DNA of 64,000 nucleotides from contig NC_083409.1 of the NCBI RefSeq assembly GCF_020745735.1, forward strand, positions 18,248,341 to 18,312,340, in the 5' to 3' direction. Below, in pieces: positions 23,201 to 35,200 of the stretch; within the stretch, counting starts at the first letter, position 1, and every line of letters begins with the position of its first letter. The translations under genes were made by a program, and so were the position numbers. The DNA comes from Hemiscyllium ocellatum. Taxonomy: Eukaryota. The notes below the pieces were generated by a model. It did not search any database and was not told the origin of the DNA. It worked only from the letters and a program-made list of their open reading frames with translations.

Positions 23201-26200
23201 CTCAGTGACTGGTGTACAAAGACACCCTTTGTTGTAACTCTCCCTTTCCTAATCTACTCAGATAATCTCACTGTCTGTTTTTGCAACCAAAAAATCTCAC
23301 ATTTCTCAAAATTATCTTTCATCTGCCATGCATTTTCCTAATCACTCAACTTATGTAAATCACACTTGAAGCATCTCTGCATCCTCCTCACAGTTTACCT
23401 TCCACCCAGCTTTGTGTCACCCACAAACTTAGAAATAGTAATAGTTCCCTCATTTAAATCATTCGTATATATTGTGAATAACTGGGTTTGAACCATTGAT
23501 CCCTGTAGTACCTCACTGGTCACTGGCTGCCACTCAGAAAATGGCCTGTTTATTCCAGCTCTTTGTTTCCTGTCTGCCAACTAGCGCTCTGTCCATGCAA
23601 ATACACTACTCCCGATCTCTCACATTATATGCTAATTTTTATGTGGGACCTGATCAAAAGAGTTCTGAAGTCAAAGTAACACCCACGGGTTGCCCCTTAT
23701 CAATTCTACTAGGTAGATCTTCAAACTTTCAGTAGATTTGCTAAGTATGATTCTCCTCTTTTAAATCCATGCCAACTCTGTCCAATCCTGTCACTGTTCA
23801 GTAAGAAACTTGACTGTATGCCAATATAGCTTATAAATGTATCTGCTCCCAGAATTTGGAAAGCGGGCACACTGCCCTCCAAAGAAAAATCTGCTGTCAC
23901 AGGCTTCACTCTTATCGCATACATTTATTGTCCAATTCTTTCATGTGTTCAATGAGGTATGATCAAAAAACTTCGTAAAAATTGAGAGTTTGTTTTCAGC
24001 TCCTTTAAAGAGACATGCTCTAGGCCGACAATTTTGTGACATGTGGTCATTCTTTGATAAAGGTGGCTGTGTCCAACACTACAGGATTTTGTGCAGAAGT
24101 GTCTAATTGGCTGGGTGAGCTTTATTACTGGTGTAACTTGGCTCATTTTGGGATGGAATGCTACTTTGAATTAAATCGTGTTTTTAAACTGAGGTGACTT
24201 TCTGTAACTCAAGTGTGGAAACTACGTTCAAGTTTACGCTTTTGTTTCACTTTTGCAGATGAGTATTTTTCCGATCTGTTTTATAAATAAAGTTCAATAT
24301 TGAAAATGCCAGCAGCATCACTGAAGAGAAAAAGACATTATATGTTTCAAGTCCAGTGACCTGTTGTCCGTTCAGACGAAGATTTAGTGAACTTAAAGCA
24401 TAACTTTTCTTTTTCTTCACAGATGCTGTCAGACCTGCTGAGTTTCTCCAGCACTTTGCTTCTTCGGTTCAGATGTTCAGCTTCTGCAGTTCTTTGTTTT
24501 GTTACAAATCCTAATAATTTGACTTGGGGATTGAGAGGCAGCAACTGTGATTAACTAGGATAAAAATCCTTCACCATGGCAAAAAAACACATAATTCTTT
24601 ACACTTTACAAAACACTGTACTGTAAATAGGAAATGCAGTTGAGCTAAATACAAGAAGGCATAGCACCTGACTGGTCTCAAACCTTTTCCCAAACTTTGA
24701 GGACCAGGCTATCAGAATTTTGTTTGCACGCTTCCTTTGAGATCACAGTCCACAAATGTCCCAGTGCCAATCCCTGGGCCGGGCCAGGTTACCAATTGCA
24801 GTGGGGTGGGGAAACCTGTGTCAGACTGAAGTTTTATTTAAGAGCAGCATTGCAGATTAAAGTTGTTGGTTTTGACTAATATTTCGTCAGCAAACTTGGA
24901 GGAAATCCTTCTGAATGTGTTGATTAACTGCACTGAGCCTATTTACATGCAGTAGTGCTACAATGTTCTCGGATGTGTGAAGGGGCCAAGGAGACATTGC
25001 CCTGAATTTTGTTTGTGTTGTGAAACTATCACCCAAACAGTGTTGAATTTCAAAAGTAAGAATTATACATTTTGAGCTGCAGGTTAATGTCCAATTTTAG
25101 AAATGAATATCAGCGCTAGCTGACACTTTCTTTCGCTCTCCCCCGTCCTGCTTGCATGTCCATCAGGTTCCTCACTAAACGGGAGCAGAAACTGATGCAT
25201 CGGCGACGGCGTGCGGAGGAGCTGCTGGAGTGGAAGCGGCGGCTCGATGCCGAGGAAGCTGCGATCCAGCAAATGGAAGAACAGGCTCAGGCTGCTTGGG
25301 ACCAGCAGCTCAAAACAAACATGATAAAGGGAGAGGCAAGCAAGAAGATTCCCGAATTGAACGGTAATGTTAGCCTCTGTTTCTTGTTTGTTTGTTTTTC
25401 TTCAAGACAGTAATGCATTTACTGTGGTTCTGACTGCTTTCAAGTGCACTTTGCTATGGCTGATTGTCATGGCACGTGTGAGGTGGTATATTGATGTGTA
25501 AATGTCATCAGTCTGCATTAATGCAGAAGAAGCAAGGTGTAAACCTGGCCTTTTAGTTTGCTTGTCTCATTCATTCAAGGAAATCACATTTCCCAAGCAT
25601 CTGCCGTGATGCATTTAAACAGAATAGGTCAGATGTTGTAATTATCATCTTTCTCAATGGTACCTTGAAAAGATAGCTCAGTGTAGTTTCCCACTCACCC
25701 TCTCGAGGGAGACTGAAGTTTCAGATTTTAATTCCTTTCACTGCTGGTGGTTGCGTATCACTTGCAGAGTTGAGAAGCAGCAAAAGTTGTCATCAATGTG
25801 AGAGCTTAGATGTTGTTTATACAAGACTATGTAGCCACTTTGTTCACACGGAAAAATCTAATTTTCTTTGCAATATTGATAATTCATTTCATTCCTCACC
25901 ATTAGCAGCAACATGAAACTATCTCCAGGACTGCACAGAATGTTGTATTGGAGAATTTTGATGATGAGCAGATATGTCTGATAGTATCTGAGTTGGCTCA
26001 AGGTGCTTTTCATCAGTGACCTGAGCATACTTAACTTTCTCTGGTTAATTGTTTCTAACCTACTCCCCTTATGATACTGTTACATGCATCTGAAGTAAAG
26101 AATATATTGAAAGGAGGATGAAGTTGTAAGACAGTCATACTGAATTATGCATCTCACTTTAAGCACTGTTAATCCATTGCTGTATAAATGTTCTAAGTAT

Positions 26201-29200
26201 TGTTATTTTCTGGAGACACAGGCAGTGAGGAAGAATGTCCTGTGCCACCTTGCTCCCAGCCCCACAGGGACAGTTCAGTTCCTGAGGAAGTTAGAATTTC
26301 AACTGCTCAGTCAATGGAATCACCATCAGCAGCCCTTCAGATGACCACCAGTCCTGACCATCCTATTTTCACGGATGGTGTTTATTCCCAGGATTTTGTT
26401 GCAACACACAGTAAAATGGTAAAAGATGTTTTGCATTGTCTTTTTTTACAAAAACTGTTTCTAATGAGTAAAGAATGTCATATAAGGTTGCAGAGAATAG
26501 CAAATCCTTGGCTTTGCTCAAAATCAGTCCCAGGGAAACAGGAAGTGGAGAGAATGGGAAACAATATGGAGAGGGGGGTGGGAGATCTGAGGGAATGGGA
26601 GTTCTGCGAATGAATGGAAAATATAAGTGTGGGGGGAATGGGAATTCTGAGTGGGGTTGGGAAACATGGGAGTGGGATGAAATGGAAATTCTGAGAGGGA
26701 ATTTGAAACGGGAGTGGCAGAGAATGGGAATTCTGAGGGGGAATGAGAAATGTAATGTGGAAAGAATAGGAATTTTGTGAAGGCATGGGAAATATGTGCA
26801 GGCTCGGTGGATTAACAATGGGAAATCCAGGTGGGGGAGGGGGCTCTGGGTGGGCTGGTCCTCGGAGGGTTGATGTGGACTTAAAAGCCCAAATGACCTG
26901 CTCCGACACTTTACGGAATCTCTGATTATCTGTCTCTGTCCCACCTCCGTTCTTCCACTGCAGAAACCTCGTCAATGTCTGTCTTACTTCCAGACTTGAT
27001 GATTGTATTATATTACTTGTTCTATTCCAGAAAGCCGATTGGTGAAGGATAATACCAGAACCAGTCTTTGCACCATTTAAATTAATTTATATGATTATAC
27101 ATTGCAGGCAAGCTATTTGTATTCCTTTAATTAAATCTGTGAGAATTTCAATTTTAATTGCTCCATTCATGGAAAAGCCTTCAGTTACTAAGACAGTGAC
27201 CTCTTTAATCCCCTCCCTGAACTTTACTTCTGTCTATGTCACTTTCCTCCTACAAGACACTCGAACTGTATGACAGATTTCACATCTGCCCTTGGATCTC
27301 TGTGAGGCTCAGTATCATGTTTTATTCTATTTCTGTGAAGCTACTTGATTTGTTTTATCATATGAAAGATTTGTTATAAATGCAAGTTTTTAAAGATAAA
27401 ACAGGAAGAAAACAGGTAACTGTGAAATAAAGCATCTGAGCAGATTTCAAAAGTGATGATTATGCTTAAAAAAGCCTCAACTTTCAGATGTGGAGGTATG
27501 ATGGGTGGGTACATGCACTTTTTAAAAAAAACATTTGACAACGTGTCATACATGAGATTAATTGGCAAGGAATTAAGGCAGGGATAGCAAACGGGATTTA
27601 AACAGACAGAACGGTGGAAATATAGAAAAGGATTTGGGGAAGTTCCAGAGTGGTTCAAGAAAGTCGTGGTTTCTGGCTTTGCTTCTGGGGGCACTTTTAT
27701 TTCCGGTGTTCATTTAATAATTTGATTATGTGCTAAGAGCGTCTGGTGTTGAAATTCAAAGTATTGTAAAATAAGAAGAATGATGAGTCTTTTGGAAAAG
27801 TTAAGGAAGCTGTGAGGGGTTTTGAGAAGAAGCTTAAAAAGGAGTAGAAAGCTTTTGTTTTCACTCCATCAAGTAAATTTTGTATTGTGTTTGAGTACTC
27901 AGTCTTAAAAAATATACTGTTTAATGATCTGGATCTCACTCCACGTGGAAACCTTGACTTTCATTACCTGGCTGAGAATAAATTGGAAATGAATTCCAGC
28001 CTGTGTCTGATTTGTCAGACATATTCTGAGATATAAAACAAAGGTTGTCGTTTGTTTGTCTCCTGTTTTCATGCTTTGATTTCACAGTTTATTATAACCA
28101 TGTATTGTTCATTAATGTTTTGAAATGAATTCCATCATTTTTGGTCCTGACCTTCAGTATCTAGATTGACCAACAGTATGTGTACTTTGCAACAGGGCAG
28201 CCCAGTGCAGGAGCCCCAGTCCCGAAAAGATGTGCCCCGAAAAATCCAAGGGGAAATTAACTTTGCTTTTGCTGAAGATGCAGTCGAGATTGTGACACTG
28301 GTTCATGGAGCGGCTGAGGAGCTGTACAAATGGCAGGAACTTGGCCACGATTTGGGGGATTTGCAAATACCCCCAGAATTCGGGAATTCTAAATGGAAGG
28401 ATGATGAGAGTGTCAGCAGAAGAGCTTATTGTGAGGTGAGACCCAGATTTTGCATTTGAAAACCAAATTATTTTTTCTTTGTTAAGCAAGAAACGAATAG
28501 GTTAAGAGTGCTCCATTGCAGCTCTGATTGATGATATGTATAACAGAGCATGTTAAAAACATTATCTCGATCCTGATGACTGCATTGAATTCAATTTACC
28601 ATTTTGCCCCTTCCCTAAAAAGTCCAAAGCCCCTTTATCCTCCACTGTTTGTAGTCTCCCATTATTAATTTATCATCCTCCTCATCATCATACTGTTATC
28701 CGTTAAAGCCCATCTGTCATAACTTTGCCCAGTCTGAGAATCTGTAGATTCTGTTTCTATTTACATAATATATAGTGTCCCTTCCAGCCACTCTGTTTTT
28801 TTTTCAAATTCTTCTCTATCGTTTCTGTCTTTCTATTGCTGTTTCCATTGGTTGATAATACAATATTTGATTATTATTCACCTTCTTAAAACTCTCTAGA
28901 ATCTTGATCTAGAAGCTAGAATCACAGGTCATTCCATAACTTTCAGATAAAGAAAGCCTGAAAGGTTGAACTTCTCAATCTGTGATCATGTCTGTACCTC
29001 TTTTCCTGATATCATCTTGAGAATTTGCACGATGTTGAGATTCCCAAAGTTGACCAAAGTATTCTAAGATCTTATGCAGCTTAACGTGGCTGTAATTGTT
29101 TGTGTCTATGTGGCCTTTGCTCTCATCTGATTAGGATCTTACCATTTCAGGTGTAATTCCTTTTCTTATCCACACAATGTATTACTTCATCCCACTCTTA

Positions 29201-32200
29201 ACTTCAATTCCATCTTCCGGTAAATATTCTTCTGTAGCTGTCACTGCAGTACAGTTCCATCTCTGTCCCTTCAAACCAAGTTAGAATCATTTGATTCCTT
29301 TGTCTTAAATTCCCAAGTCAAGATTGTGTTTATTACCATAACAATTAGGACGATCTGAGTATGGGCTCCTGTGGACCCCTTCCATTCTCCACACCTTTCT
29401 TGTGTGAAATCTTTATTTTACCCTGACCTGCATTTTCCCAACTACCTCTATTCACTTGACTGTGCTCCCCTTCATTTGAGGTGCCCCTGAGTTTTGCCTT
29501 TGGTCTTCTCAGAGGTAACTACTTGAAATACTTTCTGAAAATCCATGTAAACCATGTCCACTTTTTTCCCACTAATCTGCTCCTTTACTAATACAGCCTT
29601 GTCAAATCGCTTGCTAGTTCACAACCTGCTAATTAGAAATTCATGCTCATTGCTATTGTCTCTTTAACTGCTCGTCTTTCACTCCATGCTGTTAACTCTT
29701 AATTTACCAACAAATGACACAAAACTAACTGATTGAGAAATTCCTGTTTTTCTTCTTATTGAATGAGGAGTTAGCTGCCCTCCAACCCTCTGGTCGAATT
29801 TTAGGAGGTAATAATTGGAGCCATGATAGTTTGTTTCCTATTTACAGCATGTCCCACAGATGTCATTCATTTTGTTTCAAAGATTTGCCTGCTTTTATGT
29901 TGTGGTGCCTTCCTTAGTATTCTGTAGGTAATCTTGTCTAATACATCTGCACCTAGCCTTGGTAGTTCTGCAATCCTTTTAAACCCCTTCTGTCATCTCT
30001 CTTTTGCCTTCTCTACTGCAATCAATGAAATTCTAAATTTATCCTTGATTCAGATCGTGAATCAAACAGTTGTTATTTTATATATTTTGAACAGTATTCC
30101 CTTTTATTTTCACTGTCGTGATCTAACAAGCTTTTTTTTTGGGTGGAAAGGACGTATCTAATATAATATTTTCTTTGTTACTCTTTTACTACTTCCAGCT
30201 TATCTTTAATGTGACAAGGGAAATCTTTGCTGACATCTTTTCTGACGACCTCCGTGCCAGCCCAGCCCCGTGGATGAAGCCAAGCCGAGTTAGCTCTTTG
30301 TTCTTCAAACGAGCGAGGAACCCACAGAATTTAAATGAAGTGAAGGTAATAACTCCATGTAATCCTTTTTTCCTATTTGTCAGTAATAATGTGACAAACG
30401 TGATGCTGGTTGGAGTTAAAGTATGTAGATTGAGTAAGTGAGTGACTCAACTTGTAAACAGTGGTCACTATCCTGACTTGGAAATCTGTCACTGCTTCTT
30501 GGAAGTCCCTCCCTAATGAGATTGTGGGTCTAGCTCAGCACCATCTTCTCAAAGACAACCAGGAACGTGCAATAAGTGCTGGCCAGCCAGTGACATCCAC
30601 ATTTCATGAATGAAAAAAAAATTCCTCTATGCTCATTGAGTACCAAGGACCTCCATTTTAATTCTAAACTCCTCAATGACCATTTTTTAAATGACTCAGA
30701 GGGTCTGGGCATCGCCGGCTGGCCAGCAGTTATTGACCGATCCTAGTTGCTTTTGAGAACATGGTAAGCTACCTTTTGTAACCACTGCACTCCATGAGCT
30801 GTAGGTAGACCCACAATATCCTTCAGGAGGGAATTCCCAGAATTTGATACAGCAATCCTGAAGAAACAATTATATTTTTGGAAGTCAGAATGATGAGTGG
30901 CTTGGAGGGGAACTTGCAGGTGGCGGTCTGCTGGTCGTGTCCTTCTTGATCTAAATGGTCACAGATTTGGGAGGATCTGGCTAAAGGTCTCTGAATTTCT
31001 GCAATGCGTCTTGTAGATTGTACACACTGCTGCTACTGAGTGGAGGGCATGGCTGCTTGCGGATGTGGTGCCAATCAAGTGGGCTCCTTTGCCTTGGATG
31101 TGGCGAGCTTTTTGTGTGTTACTGGAGCTGCACTCATTCAGGCAAGTGGGGCAGATTCCATCAGAGTCCTGACTTGTGCTTTGTACTCGGTGGATTTGCT
31201 ATGGGGAATTAGGAAGTGAGTTATACACCCCAGTATTCCAAGCCTCTGACCTGCCCTTGTAGCCCAAAGTATTTATATAATGAGTCCAAATGAGTTTCTG
31301 GTCCATGATAACCCCCATGATGTTCATTGTGGAAGATTCAGTGATGGTAATACCATTGAATGTCAAGGGCCATTGGTTAAATTGTCTCTTAGAGTCGTAG
31401 AGATGGACAGCTCAGAAACAGACCCTTCGGTTCAACTTGTCCATACAGACCAGTTATCCGAGATAAAATCTAGTCCCATTTGCCAGCATTTGGTCCATTT
31501 CCACTTAAACCCTTCCTATTCATATACACCACCAGATGCCTTTTAAATAGCGCCATTATGCCAGCTGCCTCCACTTCCTCTGGCAACTCATTCCATGTAC
31601 ACACCACCCGCTGCATGAAACAATTACCTGTTACGTATCATTTAAATGTTTCCCCTCTCACCTATGCTCTCTTTTTTGGAATTGCCTTCACCAGGGAAAA
31701 GACTTGTCTATTTACCCTGTCCATACCACTCATAATTTTATAAATCTTTTCACAGTTGCCTCTCAGCCTCTGGTGCTCCAGGGAATGTAACCCCAATCAA
31801 TTCATTCTCTTCCTAGACCAGAAACCCCCCCAACCCTGGCAACACCCTTGTAAATCTTTGCATAACCCTTTCAAGATTCACAACATCCTTCCAAGAGCAG
31901 GGAGTCCAGAATTGCACAGAATATTCTAAAAGAGGCCTGATCAGTGTCTTATTCAGCTGCAACATGACCTCCCAACTCCTGTACTCAATGCTCTGACCAA
32001 TAAAGGCAAACATACCAAACACCACCTTCACTATCCTGTTTACTTGTGACTCCACTTTCAAGGAACTATGAACCTGCACTCCAAGGTCTCTTTGCTCAGC
32101 AACACTCCCCAGGACTTTACCATTGAGTGTATAAGTCCTGCCCTTATTTGCCTTTCCAAAATGCAGTACCTCACATTGATGTAAACTAAACTTCATCTGC

Positions 32201-35200
32201 CACTCCTCAGCCCATCTGAACAAGATCCTGTTGTATTCTGAACCTTCCTCACTGTGCACTGCACCTTCAATTTTGGTGTTATCTGCAAACTTACTAACCA
32301 TACTATGTTCCATGTTCACATCCAAATCATTTATGTAAATGACGAAAAGCAGTGAACCCAGCACTGATCCTTGTGGCACACCACTGGTCACAGGCCTCCT
32401 GCTGGGAATGGTCATTGACTGGCAGTTTTGGTCCGAATATTATTTGCCTCTTGCCAGTCCAAACCTACATATTGTCCAGATCTTGTTGCCTTTGAACATA
32501 ACTCCTCAGATATTGAAACAGTCTATGAATGGTACTGAATATTGTGCAACCATCCGCACTTCTGACCTTAAGATGGAAGTAAGGTCATGAACTGAGGAAC
32601 CCCATTTTATTCTGATCCTCGAGGAAGCTCATTTTACTCCAAACTGGAGACACAATGTAATAGCTCTGAGTGTTAGCTATGGCTCAGTGGCACTCTTCCT
32701 CAGTCAGCAGAGGGGATTAAGCAAACGCTGAAGTGAAGTCCTGGATGACAGTCCTGGTGCAGTACTGAAGTATTGTTTTCAAAGTGAGGCCCCATTTTCC
32801 CCCTTGGGTGAGATTTTTTTTTAAAAAATGATTTTTAGTGCTACTTTGAAGAGGAGTGAAGTTCTCCCTCATGGTCCTGGTCAATCATGAGTCATTATGG
32901 CTAAATGCTTACTGAACCATTTGTATAATTTGTGGGAACTTGCTGTGTGAAAGTTTGTTGCAGCTTTTGATGATATTATAATAGTGGCTGTACTTCAAAG
33001 GTTGGGAACAACATGGTACAAGTGAGATAAGTGATATGCTGTTTTTGACAGTTTGAGATTAAGGTGGGTGACTTGAGCATTGGTTACAAAGTATTGTCCA
33101 GCACGAAGACCAAGTTGTTTACAATTCCAACAATGCAACTTCTCTTTTCTTGTGGCACTGACATTGAAGTGTACACTGGATGACTCCTTCCAGTAGCGCA
33201 GACTTGCAACACTGCAATGTGAACTTTTTACCACAGTCTAAAGTCAACATCAAGCTGCTCATTGTCTGACTTCCCTTTGTGCACAGTTTGTGAAGTGTTG
33301 CACTTTGCCAGGGACTGAGAATGGGCATGTGTAAATCAGCTTTTCATCCACAGAGCAAATTTGGAACTGTTCATTTCCTTTGCTTTGTCTTTATAACTCG
33401 ACTCAAATGTATCTTCAGTCTGAACTGTTTCACACACCAACATTTCTGTGCATGTTACTTGTCTTTGATGGTGTTAGCCGAGAAACCTGTCAAAATCTTC
33501 CTGCCTGGAGCCATGTGAGGCAGTGATCAGTGGCTAGGTCATATAGCTTTGAAGCACTCATCTGTTAAATTGAGAATGATTTGACCATCCTGAAATGCTG
33601 GGAGCGCTGTATGAATCCATGTCAGCCCCAATATTTATTGTGAGGCTTCCCACAGCGCTGATCTTCAGTTGGCTGCCTACAGTCGATTAAAGGCAGAACA
33701 TTTTTGGAATTTGACGAAGCAGAGGCTTCTTCGAAGATGCTGTAGGCAAAGTGCTGAACCATGTAATGCAGTGAATAATTCATCATTTCTCAGCCGAGGT
33801 CTTAGGCAAAGGAACATTTCAAACCTTCTTTCAATTTGGGAGCATCGCATGTTACCTTAAAGTTGTATTGTCTGTGCTTTTGGATCTCACTAATGTTATT
33901 CATTTCAGTTATAATTAAGTTTTAAAGCATTTAGCAGATTTTTGTTTCATTGAACACGCTTTGAGTTCCATCCAATTTTACATAATTCTGAATGGGGGAA
34001 GAATCAGAAGGTCGAAGCATCAAAGTCTTTGTTGAGCAGTTTTAGGGAAGAATAATGGATTGGGAGTGGGTTTGTCTGTGTATTTAGGGTGTGTGCAACA
34101 GCTGCCATTTCTCCTGTGCTTCTACCCACAGATCTTCATTTCTAATGAAGTTTTGAAGTTATTTGGGTTGAATGAAGAGCAACATCAGAAGACGGCTTGG
34201 CAGAAGTTGAAGAAATTTGGCACCAAACAACGTGATCGGGTGGACCATATTTTGGTAAGTGCTTCAGTTTAGGAACTGTTCAGTATTATATTGTACCATT
34301 GTATCACAATTACGAAACCTCATTGTACATCTGAATTTTCTATTATTTTAAATGACAAAGGCTTTATCTGTCTTTGGCTGACCTGTCTGGCTATCCTGCA
34401 TTTGTCCAGAAAATGCTTCAACTTTCTGACTGAATTGAAAACTTGGCCCTCACTGGAGTAATTTGCTGAAATTCATTAGTTGCCACAAAAGTTTCAAAGA
34501 AATTCAGAAGTACATTGAATTCCTCACTCACCTAATGAAAGCAAATTACTGCAGATGCAGGAATCTGAAACCAGAAGAGAAAATGCTGGAAAATCTCAGC
34601 AGGTCTGGCAGCATCTGTAAGGAGAGAAAAGAGTCAGTTAGACTCAAAATGTCAGCTCTTTTCTCTCCTTACAGATGCTGCCAGAACTGCTGAGATTGTC
34701 CAGCATTTTCTTTTTTAGTTCCTCACTTAGATTAGATTAGACTTACAGTGTGGAAACAGGCCCTTCGGCCCAACAAGTCCACACCGACCCGCCGAAGCGC
34801 AACCCACCCATACCCCTACATTTACCCCTTACCTAACACAACGGGCAATTTAGCTTGGCCAATTCACCTGACCCGCACATCTTTGTGACTGTGGGAGGAA
34901 ACCGGAGCACCCGGAGGAAACCCATGCAGACACGGGGAGAACGTGCAAACTCCACACAGTCAGTCGCCTGAGTCGGGAATTGAACCCGGGTCTACAGGCG
35001 CTGTGAGGCAGCAGTGCTAACCACTGTGCCACTGTGCCGCCCATAAAACCTGTCTTCTAGACCCAATTTTACAGAAAGTACAGGTCAGGGTTTTTTGCTT
35101 AACAAGGGTTACAGTTTGTTACAAAAAAATGCAAACAATTACCAACCACTGGCATTTAACTACTAACTAAAACTAACAACCCCTCCCACATGCATTCCTC

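Noticed and set aside
34727-35042. tRNA-like A/B boxes and cactgtg heptamers
   Set aside because: These are SINE heads, not tRNA genes or RSSs.
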